From positions 449,005 to 513,004 of the forward strand of contig JAQUPZ010000002.1 of the NCBI GenBank assembly GCA_028716365.1: DNA of 64,000 nucleotides, given 5' to 3'. Position numbers and translations under genes: made by a program. This DNA comes from Kiritimatiellia bacterium. Lineage in GTDB: Bacteria; Verrucomicrobiota; Kiritimatiellia; UBA8416; YA12-FULL-48-11. The notes under the pieces are model-generated. The model was given only the letters and a program-made list of their open reading frames with translations, did no database searches and was not told the DNA's origin. This document shows, piece by piece, positions 37,163 through 47,077 of this stretch. Position 1 is the first letter of the stretch; the number at the start of each line of letters is the position of its first letter.

Positions 37163-38362
37163 ATGGTTTCTGTTTGTTTTTATTTTCAAGTTCATCAGCC
37201 ATTCCGTCTTAGAACGGATTATAATTTCTTCTGTATCGGCAAAAATCATGTTTACGAGGATGATAAGGCAAACCGCGAAATCATCGGGAAAGTTGCTGAA
37301 AAATGCTATCTCCCTGCCAACAGAACCATGCTTAAACTCATTCGCAAACACAAGGGGCGTTTCCGTATCAGTTATTCCATATCCGGTGTCTGTCTTGAAC
37401 AATTTGAAAAATATGCTCCGGAAGTCATAGATTCTTTCAGGGAACTTGTATCAACGGGCTGTGTCGAACTTATCAACGAGACATACTACCACTCACTGGC
37501 TTTTAATTTCTCACGGCAGGAATTTCGCGAACAGGTACAGGCACACAAAGAGAAAATCCGCAAATTGTTCGCCGTAAAAACAACGACATTCCGTAACACC
37601 GAACTTATTTACAGTAATGACGTGGCGGTTGAAATCGAAAAAATGGGTTATAAAACCATTCTTGCCGAGGGAGCCAACCAGATTCTCGGGTGGCACTCAC
37701 CAAATTATGTTTACCAACCGGCACCTTGTTATAAGCTCAATCTTCTCCTCAAAAATTACCGTTTGTCGGATGATCTTGCGTTCCGGTTCTCCGATCGTAA
37801 CTGGGACCAGTGGCCCCTAAGCGCCGACAAGTACGCCGAATGGATCCACAAAGTCGCAGGCAACGGTGAAGTTATCAACCTGTTCATGGACTATGAAACA
37901 TTTGGCGAACACCAGTGGGCCGACACCGGCATATTTGATTTTCTTCTTCATCTGCCGGAAAAGATCCTTGCCCATCCCGATTTCCGCTTCCAGACGCCTT
38001 CGGAGGTGGCATCATCTTATCAACCAGTGGCAAAACTGGATGTGCCTTATTTTATTTCCTGGGCCGATGTCGAGCGGGATCTCACCGCGTGGATGGGTAA
38101 TTCACTTCAGGATTCGGCCCTGCAAATGGCCTATTCGCTCGAAACACTGGTAAAAAAATCCGGTAATGCCAACCTGATACATACCTGGAGAAAACTGCTC
38201 ACATCCGACCATTTCTACTACATGTGTACTAAATGGTTCAGTGATGGAGATGTTCATAAATACTTCAATCCCTATACTTCACCTTATGATGCCTACGTCG
38301 TATATGTGAATGTATTGAACGACATCAAGGAAACTCTCAAACAACTCGAAGTATTGAATTGA
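37163..38362 (+). CDS. glycoside hydrolase family 57 protein
   Basis: N-terminal FYFQVHQPFRLR GH57 signature, plus WMGN and EW...E residues. Confidence 0.75.
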   Translation: MVSVCFYFQVHQPFRLRTDYNFFCIGKNHVYEDDKANREIIGKVAEKCYLPANRTMLKLIRKHKGRFRISYSISGVCLEQFEKYAPEVIDSFRELVSTGCVELINETYYHSLAFNFSRQEFREQVQAHKEKIRKLFAVKTTTFRNTELIYSNDVAVEIEKMGYKTILAEGANQILGWHSPNYVYQPAPCYKLNLLLKNYRLSDDLAFRFSDRNWDQWPLSADKYAEWIHKVAGNGEVINLFMDYETFGEHQWADTGIFDFLLHLPEKILAHPDFRFQTPSEVASSYQPVAKLDVPYFISWADVERDLTAWMGNSLQDSALQMAYSLETLVKKSGNANLIHTWRKLLTSDHFYYMCTKWFSDGDVHKYFNPYTSPYDAYVVYVNVLNDIKETLKQLEVLN

Positions 38363-38521
38363 CAAGTAATCCCGTCTTTTCCTAGTGTTCCCGGATTTAC
38401 GAACTTTGAGAAGCGTTAATTGCGTCCGGGGACAAAGCAGATGTAATCAACTCGTATGTGTGGATGCGGTTATAGGGGTTCTCCTGATCTCTGATTCCCT
38501 TTTGAAAGGTTAAACGATTAA

Positions 38522-41080
38522 ATGTACGTCAAAACTTTTACAGTTCTTCCGGACACACCGGAAAAGTTAAAACATCTGAACGATCTTGCGTACAACCTGT
38601 GGTTTTCATGGAACCCCAATGCATTGAGACTCTTTGAAAAGCTCGACCCCGCAAGCTGGGAAGAATCTTTGCAGAACCCGGTACGCATGCTTTGTATCGT
38701 ACCACAGGAAAAACTTGAAGCCGCTGCAAAGAACCACCATTACCTGGCAGAACTTGCCTCGGTCTATGATTCTTTTAAACTTTATATGGACGAAAATACG
38801 TGGTTTGAAAGACAGTACGGGAAGAGGAACTCCCCTACAATCGCTTATTTCTCATGTGAGTTCGGGCTTCATGAATGCCTGCCGGTTTACTCAGGAGGTC
38901 TCGGAATTCTTGCCGGAGATTACATGAAATCGGCCAGTGATCTCGGATTACCTGTGGTTGGAGTCGGACTCCTTTACCAGCAAGGTTATGCCCGCCAGTA
39001 TCTCAACGCGGAAGGCGTCCAGCAGGGACTCTATCTCGAAAATGACTGGTATAGTATGCCAGTTGAACTGGTAAAAAATACTGAAGGCAAGCCGATAATA
39101 GAAACAATAAAACTGGGTAAAAATACCATTTATTTCCAGATATGGAAGGTCCATGTCGGTCGAATCAATATATACCTGCTCGATACAAATATTGAAGCCA
39201 ACGCTCCTGCATACCGGGCTACAACCACAAGACTCTATGACAGCGATCGTAATACCCGTATTCACCAGGAAATCCTCCTTGGCATTGGTGGCGTTAAAGC
39301 GCTCAAAGCCATCGGGTTAAATCCTATGGTATATCATGTTAACGAAGGTCATTCCGCCTTGCTGCTCCTCGAACGCATACGTTCGCTTATGCATGAAAAA
39401 CACCTGTCGTTTGACGAAGCGCGAGAACTGGTGTGGGCCACAACGGTATTCACGACCCATACTCCTGTTGACGCTGGAAATGAACGATTTGATTCAGACC
39501 TGATGCACAAACATTTTGATGAATACGCAAAGGAACTGGGAATAAAATGGGATGACTTTATGGCGCTTGGTCGCGAAAATCCAGCCAATGCCCACGAGGA
39601 ATTCTGCATGACAGTTCTTGCGCTCAAGTTGTGTGCTTTCGCTAATGGTGTTTCTAAACTACATGGCCAGGTTTCAAGAAAAATGTGGCAAAAACTTTAT
39701 CCCGATTTACCCAAGGCAGAAATACCAATCCTCTCGATTACCAATGGCATACACGTGCAGTCATGGCTCAACCCGGCACTTCACGAACTTTTATGCGAAG
39801 GTGCTGGTAAGGTTGGAAACAACGAACTTCCGGATTCGGCCATGTGGCACAAGATTGACCGGGTTCCAGATGAGCTTATCTGGGAAAGTCAAAATACAAG
39901 CAGGCTGGAACTGGTTGATTTCATAAGAGAACATGTTTCCTGGCAACTTTCACGTAGAAGTGTAGGTGTAACTGAAATGAACAGGGCAAAGGAACTTTTT
40001 GATCCGAATATCCTTACTATAGGTTTTGCACGCCGCTTTGCGGCTTATAAACGCGGTAATTTGTTCCTGCGAAATCCCGAAAGACTGAAAAAAATTCTGA
40101 CCGATCCGAAACGTCCGGTACAGATGGTTATAGCAGGAAAAGCCCACCCCGCAGATCATTACGGAAAAGAAATCATTAAACAGATATTTGAATACTCAAA
40201 ATTGCCGGAATTCATGGATCGTATTGTATTTCTTGAAGATTACGATATTAAGATCGCAAAACACCTGCTTCAAGGTGCCGACGTCTGGCTGAATACTCCG
40301 CGACGACTTCTCGAAGCTTCTGGAACTTCCGGCATGAAAGCGGCCATTAATGGCACTCTGAACCTTTCCATACTTGATGGATGGTGGGATGAAGCCTACA
40401 CACCTGAGGTTGGTTTTGCAATCGGACATGGGGAAGACTACGAAGATGCCGAAACTCAGGACGCCATTGAAAGTGATCTCCTTTACGGAGCGTTGGAGAA
40501 AGAAATTGTTCCAATGTTTTATGATCGTGACGAAAAGGGTATTCCGCGGGAATGGGTAAAAATGATAAAGAACAGTATCAAGATGCTGGGCCCGGAATAT
40601 AACACGCACAGGATGGCTCGTGATTATGTCACAAATTTTTATCTATCCGGTGAGAACCTCCACAACAAACTCTCTGCCGACAATTACGCCGATTCCAAAA
40701 AGTTTGCCGAATGGCACAGTAAAATGCTTGCCGAATGGCACAAGATCGATATCGTGAAGGTCGAATCATCGGCAAAAGAATATGTTTATAAAGGCATGAA
40801 ATTGGATGTAACCGCATGTATAAACCTCAACGGCATCAGCCCCGAAAACGTCACATGCGAGGTTTATCATGGTCCACTGGACACAAAGAATAACATATGT
40901 ATCAAGAAAGCTGAGTATGTGATAATGCAAATAGCAGGTCGCGAAGAAGGTTTGACAATTTTCCGGAACCAGATTTCCTGCACGCGCGGAGGCCGCTATG
41001 GGTTCACCATCAGAGTTCGTCCGAATTACCCGGACATTCCCGTGCGACTTCTGCCTGGTCTTATCAAATGGGCGATGTGA
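38522..41080 (+). CDS. glgP: alpha-glucan (glycogen/maltodextrin) phosphorylase, GT35, long N-terminal-domain type
   Basis: SGGLGILAGD, TNGIHVQSWL, AYKRGNLFL and the GT35 C-terminal domain. Confidence 0.85.
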   Translation: MYVKTFTVLPDTPEKLKHLNDLAYNLWFSWNPNALRLFEKLDPASWEESLQNPVRMLCIVPQEKLEAAAKNHHYLAELASVYDSFKLYMDENTWFERQYGKRNSPTIAYFSCEFGLHECLPVYSGGLGILAGDYMKSASDLGLPVVGVGLLYQQGYARQYLNAEGVQQGLYLENDWYSMPVELVKNTEGKPIIETIKLGKNTIYFQIWKVHVGRINIYLLDTNIEANAPAYRATTTRLYDSDRNTRIHQEILLGIGGVKALKAIGLNPMVYHVNEGHSALLLLERIRSLMHEKHLSFDEARELVWATTVFTTHTPVDAGNERFDSDLMHKHFDEYAKELGIKWDDFMALGRENPANAHEEFCMTVLALKLCAFANGVSKLHGQVSRKMWQKLYPDLPKAEIPILSITNGIHVQSWLNPALHELLCEGAGKVGNNELPDSAMWHKIDRVPDELIWESQNTSRLELVDFIREHVSWQLSRRSVGVTEMNRAKELFDPNILTIGFARRFAAYKRGNLFLRNPERLKKILTDPKRPVQMVIAGKAHPADHYGKEIIKQIFEYSKLPEFMDRIVFLEDYDIKIAKHLLQGADVWLNTPRRLLEASGTSGMKAAINGTLNLSILDGWWDEAYTPEVGFAIGHGEDYEDAETQDAIESDLLYGALEKEIVPMFYDRDEKGIPREWVKMIKNSIKMLGPEYNTHRMARDYVTNFYLSGENLHNKLSADNYADSKKFAEWHSKMLAEWHKIDIVKVESSAKEYVYKGMKLDVTACINLNGISPENVTCEVYHGPLDTKNNICIKKAEYVIMQIAGREEGLTIFRNQISCTRGGRYGFTIRVRPNYPDIPVRLLPGLIKWAM

Positions 41081-41270
41081 CGTGTCAGGTAAACCCATAA
41101 TTCCTGCTCTATCGGCCAGTTCCCTGGGAACTGGCACTCCGGATACTCTCTCCAGATCATTTCCCTGTGGTCGGGAGAATTTTTTCAGGATCAATCAAGG
41201 GGAACTCCTGCACCTTGAAATTATTTTCCAACACCCCCAGCCTAAACCCTCAGTATCACTTTTTACAAAC

Positions 41271-42767
41271 ATGAACAATCAATCCACCGGATGGTATGAA
41301 CTGCCATTCCGCTATATTGAGGGCCGTAAATTCCAACTGGACATAAAATGCTCTAAACCGGGGCGTTATTGTTTCAGGGTAAAGTATACACTTGACGGTC
41401 ACAAGTGGATGTGGGATTGCGTTCCCTTCTCATACGTAATGGTTGATCCGGCACTCCATTCAACCATAAAAACATATACCCTGATAACTTCATCGGCAGG
41501 TAATATCAGCGACTGGACAAGACTGCTTCCCCACATTAAAAAACTGAAATGCAATGTTTTACACCTCCTTCCAGTCACAAAAATGGGAAGTTCCGAAGCG
41601 CCATATGCCGCAAAAGATTTTTTCAGTGTTGATCCGGCAATCCTCGATCCCAAATCCAAAGATGATGGAATAACGCAATTCAGCAGATTTATTGATGAAG
41701 CAGTTAAACATAAAGTGCATATATGTATTGACCTTGTCTTTAACCATGTCAGTGACGATAGTAACATTGTAAAGATATGTCCTGAATGGGTTCAAGCCGA
41801 CGAAAAAGAAATTGATGGTTTTCGCCGAGCCGGCTGGAGGGCTGGCGAAATCTGGCATAAATGGAACAACCTTGTACTCCTCGATTATGATCATCCGAAT
41901 GAAAAAGTTAAAAAAGAAATATGGGACTATATGTGCCAATACGGTCTCTTTTGGGCTGAATTCGCAGCACGAACCAAGGGAATGATCCGCCTCGATAATT
42001 TACACAGTAGTAATCACAAGTTTATGCGGTATGTCCTTACCAAAATCCGGAGGACATATCCGGAAATCACGATTTTCGCCGAACTCTTTACGGATACGGC
42101 GACATCTTCAGAACTTGTGTGGGACTATGGATTGGACCTCATGCTTGCAACCCCATGGGAACATCATTTTGTTCCTCAACTGCGTGGATATCTCGAGGAA
42201 GTTCACAAACGCGACAAACAAACCCCCCATATCCTGCCAATCACATCACATGATAGCGGAACACCAGCACAGGAATTCGGAAGCCCTGAGTCAACCATTC
42301 CGCGCTATGTTATCTCTGCTTTGATGGGATGCGGAGCAACCGGACTTGTCCAAGGAGTAGAATATGGTCTACAGAAGAAGATCAGTCTAGTCGGGATCAA
42401 ACCTGCACCCGATTATAACACTGGTCACGATTTCACATCCTTTATTGCCAAGGTTAACCTCATAATGGAAGAATACAAAGTGTTCCAGACAGGCGGGAAT
42501 ATGCGGTTTATTGATGATGGTCATGATGCCATAATGGCCGTCCATCGCTTTGACGACAAAAAGAATGATCACGAATTCGTTGTGATCTGTAACCTCGATA
42601 TTTTAAAGCAGCAGAAAATTTCAATTGATCTGCGACGTTACATGCCTGATCATAAAATCCGGGCATTTAAAGAACTTTTGACAGACAAAACGATAACACC
42701 AATAAAAGACCATCTGGAAGTCACCATGGAACCGTGTAGTGCTCTTGTCCTCAAAATTCTACCTTAA
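41271..42767 (+). CDS. GH13 alpha-amylase-family protein (possibly maltosyltransferase GlgE-like)
   Basis: GH13 conserved regions DLVFNHVSDDS, GMIRLDNLH, FAELF and ITSHDS. Start set at MNNQSTGWYELPF (ATG 41271) because the ORF-track 5' extension overlaps glgP. Confidence 0.7.
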   Translation: MNNQSTGWYELPFRYIEGRKFQLDIKCSKPGRYCFRVKYTLDGHKWMWDCVPFSYVMVDPALHSTIKTYTLITSSAGNISDWTRLLPHIKKLKCNVLHLLPVTKMGSSEAPYAAKDFFSVDPAILDPKSKDDGITQFSRFIDEAVKHKVHICIDLVFNHVSDDSNIVKICPEWVQADEKEIDGFRRAGWRAGEIWHKWNNLVLLDYDHPNEKVKKEIWDYMCQYGLFWAEFAARTKGMIRLDNLHSSNHKFMRYVLTKIRRTYPEITIFAELFTDTATSSELVWDYGLDLMLATPWEHHFVPQLRGYLEEVHKRDKQTPHILPITSHDSGTPAQEFGSPESTIPRYVISALMGCGATGLVQGVEYGLQKKISLVGIKPAPDYNTGHDFTSFIAKVNLIMEEYKVFQTGGNMRFIDDGHDAIMAVHRFDDKKNDHEFVVICNLDILKQQKISIDLRRYMPDHKIRAFKELLTDKTITPIKDHLEVTMEPCSALVLKILP

Positions 42768-42808
42768 ACTGGTGCACGTGAAGATAATCAAGCGAACATC
42801 ATATCTAT

Positions 42809-44968
42809 ATGGGTTTGCAGCCTGCCCTGTCGTTCTGGCAATATGACAACACTGTGATAAAGACAAACAAGTCTATCCAAACCTGGTATTTCGCTCTTAC
42901 CATTTTTCTGTCTGCTTTTCTGCTTTTTGAAGTCCAACCAATTCTGGGGAAATATATTCTTCCCTGGTTCGGCGGAACATCCAGCGTCTGGACAACCTGT
43001 ATGTTGATTTATCAGTCACTGTTGTTACTCGGGTACTTGTATGTACATGTAATAAGTAAATTGTCGTTAAAACGACAGGCCTTTCTGCATGTCCTGTTCC
43101 TTGTAGGATCGATAATACTGATCCTGTCTCGAAATTTATCATGGGAAACACCTATCCTGCCCGGGGCAAACTGGAAACCGTCAACAGACTCAATACCTTT
43201 CTGGCACATTGTAATCCTATTAGGTTCCAGTATCGGGCTGCCGTTTATTATTCTTTCTTCGACAAGCACCCTTCTGCAGTTCTGGTTTTCGCAACTCCAT
43301 TCAGACAAAAACCCTTATACATTCTATATGGTATCCAATATCGGCTCACTGTTGGCCCTCCTCTCCTATCCATTTATCATCGAGCCATTTTTCCCGCTTA
43401 GGGCACAGGGTTTTTACTGGCCAGTCTGTTATTCTGTATTTGTGATGATGTGCGGCTACTGTGCAGTAAGGATGTTTTTCGTAAAATCTGAATCAGTTTG
43501 CCTGAATACTGGGAGACAATCATCCGTTAAATCGGATATACAGACTACCCCGAATCCAACGTTCAAATTGTATATTTCCTGGTTATTCTTCAGTACGTGT
43601 TCTTCGATAATACTGCTGGCAACAACCAGTCAGATCACCCAGAACGTTGCACCTGTACCGCTACTGTGGATACTTCCCTTGAGTGTTTATTTGTTTTCCT
43701 TTGCAATATGTTTTCGCCCCGGAGCTACCACATCCCGCGACGTTTGGATCCCGATCATGCTGGTTCTGCAGGGATTCAGCTTGTATTCCATGCATATCAA
43801 CACATTTATCCAGATAACCGCCCACACCTGTACTCTCTTTGCTTGCTGTATGATTTCTCACAATGAACTTTACCGGCTCAAACCACCCGCACATCAACTC
43901 ACTTTATTCTACCTCATGATTGCTATCGGCGGGGCAATCGGAGGTATTCTGACAGCCATTATTGCGCCTCTGATTTTTAAGAATCTATTTGAATTCGGGT
44001 TCATTCTCATAATCTATGGTCTTTTGGCAATATGCATCATGTCAACAAAACGTGAGAAATGGATGCGGTTCTGGTATGTACCATTGTCCGTCGTCTCGCT
44101 GATTATTATCGCACTATTATATTTCAATGCCAGAAATGAACGTCTGACATGCATCAGCAGATCACGCAACTTTTATGGATCCTTGTCCATACGTAAATGT
44201 ACGGGCAAACGAGGTAATTACACCGAACTTCTTAACGGCAGGATCAAGCACGGCATCCAGTTCGAATCAGGGCCTCTTCATAAATGGCCGACAGAATATT
44301 TCAGTGCAGGGAGTGGTGTCGGAATGGCTTTCCGTTATCATCCCAAACGATTATCAAAACAACCTATTAGAGTTGGCGCCATCGGACTCGGCATTGGTAC
44401 AATAGCTAGTTACGGACATACAAATGACTATTTTCGTTTTTATGAAATAAATCCGGAAGTTGTAAAGATAGCCAATGATCGACGATATTTCACATATTTG
44501 AGTGACTCATCCGCAAAAATAGACATCATTCCGGGTGATGCAAGAATATCAATGGAACGGGAAAAATTTCAAAAGCTCTTTCAAAATTTTGATATTCTTG
44601 TAGTAGATGCCTTTAACTCGGACGCCATTCCTGTTCATCTTCTCACAAAAGAAGCCTTTAACATTTACCTCTATCACCTGGCACCCGATGGCATAATTGC
44701 ATTTCATGTTTCCAATTCATATCTGGATCTGGTTCCCGTCGCACTATCTGCTGCAAAATATTTGAATCTTGATTATGCGGTAATAACTACATATGGCGAC
44801 AAGATAATTACTCAAACTTCAATATGGGTACTGATTACACAAAACAGAACTTTTACAGAATTGCCTGTCATAGCGACTGCAAAAATGAAAGAGGAAAAAA
44901 TATCGCGACGCATCTCCCTGTGGACAGACGATTTCAGTAATATACTTTCTGTAATGAAACGACGTTAA
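42809..44968 (+). CDS. fused polytopic membrane domain / spermidine-synthase-like (SAM-MTase fold) protein
   Basis: About 12 N-terminal TM helices. C-terminal VGAIGLGIGTIASYG...FDILVVDAFNSDAIPVHLLTKEAFNIYLYHLAPDGIIAFHV matches the spermidine synthase family. Confidence 0.7.
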   Translation: MGLQPALSFWQYDNTVIKTNKSIQTWYFALTIFLSAFLLFEVQPILGKYILPWFGGTSSVWTTCMLIYQSLLLLGYLYVHVISKLSLKRQAFLHVLFLVGSIILILSRNLSWETPILPGANWKPSTDSIPFWHIVILLGSSIGLPFIILSSTSTLLQFWFSQLHSDKNPYTFYMVSNIGSLLALLSYPFIIEPFFPLRAQGFYWPVCYSVFVMMCGYCAVRMFFVKSESVCLNTGRQSSVKSDIQTTPNPTFKLYISWLFFSTCSSIILLATTSQITQNVAPVPLLWILPLSVYLFSFAICFRPGATTSRDVWIPIMLVLQGFSLYSMHINTFIQITAHTCTLFACCMISHNELYRLKPPAHQLTLFYLMIAIGGAIGGILTAIIAPLIFKNLFEFGFILIIYGLLAICIMSTKREKWMRFWYVPLSVVSLIIIALLYFNARNERLTCISRSRNFYGSLSIRKCTGKRGNYTELLNGRIKHGIQFESGPLHKWPTEYFSAGSGVGMAFRYHPKRLSKQPIRVGAIGLGIGTIASYGHTNDYFRFYEINPEVVKIANDRRYFTYLSDSSAKIDIIPGDARISMEREKFQKLFQNFDILVVDAFNSDAIPVHLLTKEAFNIYLYHLAPDGIIAFHVSNSYLDLVPVALSAAKYLNLDYAVITTYGDKIITQTSIWVLITQNRTFTELPVIATAKMKEEKISRRISLWTDDFSNILSVMKRR

Positions 44969-44978
44969 AAAGTATACC

Positions 44979-46004
44979 TCACGGGCGCATGCCTGCATTC
45001 ATGAATTCATAAATCTGGCGGGAAACAGAACTGATGATCCTGTCAGATTCTTCCTTTGTGGTATTAGTACTCATGATGCAAAGTATATAAGGCCCTTTCA
45101 GAAGGAAAACTATACCGCAATCATGGAAATCCCCGGCGCCTGAATCGAATCCAACTTTATGCGCTACCAATACTTTTTTGGGCACACCCGCCCTGATCTG
45201 ATCATTATAAACAGTGTTTGATAAGAGTGAAAGAACCAGTTCGCTGGATGGTTTCTTCAGATAATTTGAAAAAAACAGAGATCGTAATAAATTGGCATAT
45301 TGCATCGGGGAAACACGAGGTAACTTGTTCGGTGGTGAGGCCGGCGGCATTTCCGTGGCCCTAAGCCCCTCTTGAAATTCATCAAATGAAACAAGAGGAC
45401 ACAAGACCATCGTTGCTGCATCATCAGAATCTTCAATCATTCTTTCTGCAAGCTTCTTGACCGACAACAAAGAACTTTCACCGGCGGCATGCTGAACAAG
45501 CGGAGATTCGCGCTTTTTCTCCTCCGATGTCAGGGTGATTCTGTTATCCAGTGATAATTGCTCTCTCTCTACCTTCTTCAGCAGGGCGACTAGAGTCGAA
45601 ACTTTCAAAAGACTCCACGCAACATAAGAATCTTGCTCGTTGATCCCCCACCATGTGCCCGTCCGCAGATCTTCAAGATAGACACTGAAACGGCCACGCA
45701 CATTCGTGGTTAATGTTTCTGCAACTGATGCGGGTAAAGATCCTCCGGAATGGCGGCGTATTTTCTCCTGCACCAGATGATCTTCCACATTCTTCCAGGC
45801 AACTTCAACCGAGATGGGAATTACCTCGAAATGTTCTTTCCTGGAACGGGCATCTTTCAATACATAAGTAACCAGAAAAAAAACAACCGCTCCTGCGGCA
45901 CACAGCGTTAAAAACAACAATGCCTTTTTCCCCAGGTTCAATCTCCCGGCCAGAACCTCTTTATCATCAGGTTTTTCCTGACGGTCTAAATATTGCTTTT
46001 GCAT
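44979..46004 (-). CDS. membrane-anchored serine hydrolase, class A beta-lactamase-like
   Basis: N-terminal TM. SLLK (SxxK), SDD (SDN-like) and HKVGF (KTG-like) triad positions. Confidence 0.55.
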   Translation of the reverse strand: MQKQYLDRQEKPDDKEVLAGRLNLGKKALLFLTLCAAGAVVFFLVTYVLKDARSRKEHFEVIPISVEVAWKNVEDHLVQEKIRRHSGGSLPASVAETLTTNVRGRFSVYLEDLRTGTWWGINEQDSYVAWSLLKVSTLVALLKKVEREQLSLDNRITLTSEEKKRESPLVQHAAGESSLLSVKKLAERMIEDSDDAATMVLCPLVSFDEFQEGLRATEMPPASPPNKLPRVSPMQYANLLRSLFFSNYLKKPSSELVLSLLSNTVYNDQIRAGVPKKVLVAHKVGFDSGAGDFHDCGIVFLLKGPYILCIMSTNTTKEESDRIISSVSRQIYEFMNAGMRP

Positions 46005-46258
46005 GTCGTTAAATTAACCCGGAAATATCAATATAAGTGACTTCTATTATTTTATTAGAGCAGGAAACATGCCATCAATTTGCTCAAACAAATAAACATA
46101 TGATACAACACCGCTGCGTTATTCTCCCCAGAATAAATTTACAGAAGAAGGTGTTTACGCGCTTTACGTATCGTTAAATAAATAACAATAACATTACAGT
46201 CATGGTAATCAAGAATTATTTCAGTGAGCGAAACACATATCAATGGCGGTTACGGATA

Positions 46259-47035
46259 TTATATCCTCTGCATTCTCGCCTCGTAGAAAAGAAGGGCAGC
46301 AGCAACAGACACGTTAAGAGAATTGATTTTGCCGAACATGGGAACAGAAACCAGAAAATCGCACTTCTCCTTTACCAATCTGCGAATGCCTATTCCCTCT
46401 GCGCCAAGGACCAGCCCAACAGGACCCTTGAAGTCGCCTTTTTTATACGACACCTCCGCATCTTCCACTGCACCGGTAATCCATAATCCTTTTGACTTAA
46501 GCTCCTCCAGCGCGCGAGAAATGTTGACCACCTGTGCCACCGGTACATGTGCTGCGGCTCCAGCTGATGCCTTGAACGACGCCGGCGTCAAACCTACCGC
46601 ACGATCCTTGGCAACAATTATGCCATGCACACCGGCACCATCTGCTGTACGAATAACAGCACCAAAATTCTGGGGATCCTGAATTCCATCCAGTATACAA
46701 ACCAATGGCGGTTCATTTTTCTTTTCTGCAACCTTGAGAATGTCATCAATAGAAACGTATGCCGGCATTTTAACTTCAGCTGCAACACCCTGATGCATGT
46801 TGTGACCCACTATCTTAATTAAAACTGTCCGTGTCATTCGAGTCACTGTAATCCCGCGTTTTACCGCTATCTCCTCTATCTCTCGCAATGTTTGCCCTTG
46901 CGTTTCCGTGGCAATAAGAATGCGTTTTACGGGCAATTCAGAATCCAGCCATACACGGACTGGGTGTCTGCCGTAAATCAATTCAGGGTTATTACTTCCA
47001 TGTGTCATTACGACAACTCTAACCCACTTCCCCAT
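46259..47035 (-). CDS. rlmB: 23S rRNA (guanosine-2'-O)-methyltransferase, SpoU/TrmH family
   Basis: ILDGIQDPQNFGAVIRTADGAG, LVLGAEGIG and NSLNVSVAAALLFYE SPOUT motifs. The start may be the internal MTHGS. Confidence 0.8.
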   Translation of the reverse strand: MGKWVRVVVMTHGSNNPELIYGRHPVRVWLDSELPVKRILIATETQGQTLREIEEIAVKRGITVTRMTRTVLIKIVGHNMHQGVAAEVKMPAYVSIDDILKVAEKKNEPPLVCILDGIQDPQNFGAVIRTADGAGVHGIIVAKDRAVGLTPASFKASAGAAAHVPVAQVVNISRALEELKSKGLWITGAVEDAEVSYKKGDFKGPVGLVLGAEGIGIRRLVKEKCDFLVSVPMFGKINSLNVSVAAALLFYEARMQRI

Positions 47036-47077
47036 CCTAATGCAATGGTAACAAAAGCATTGGATATTGAATCTTCG

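Noticed and set aside
40998-41270. 5' extension of the GH13 ORF overlapping the glgP 3' end
   Set aside because: Overlap of 83 nt with glgP in a different frame. The first ATG after the glgP stop (41271, MNNQSTGWYEL) begins the conserved region.
46892-47077. 5' extension of the ABC substrate-binding protein ORF
   Set aside because: It would overlap the rlmB start on the opposite strand by >100 nt. The ATG at 47078 is followed by the signal/anchor segment.
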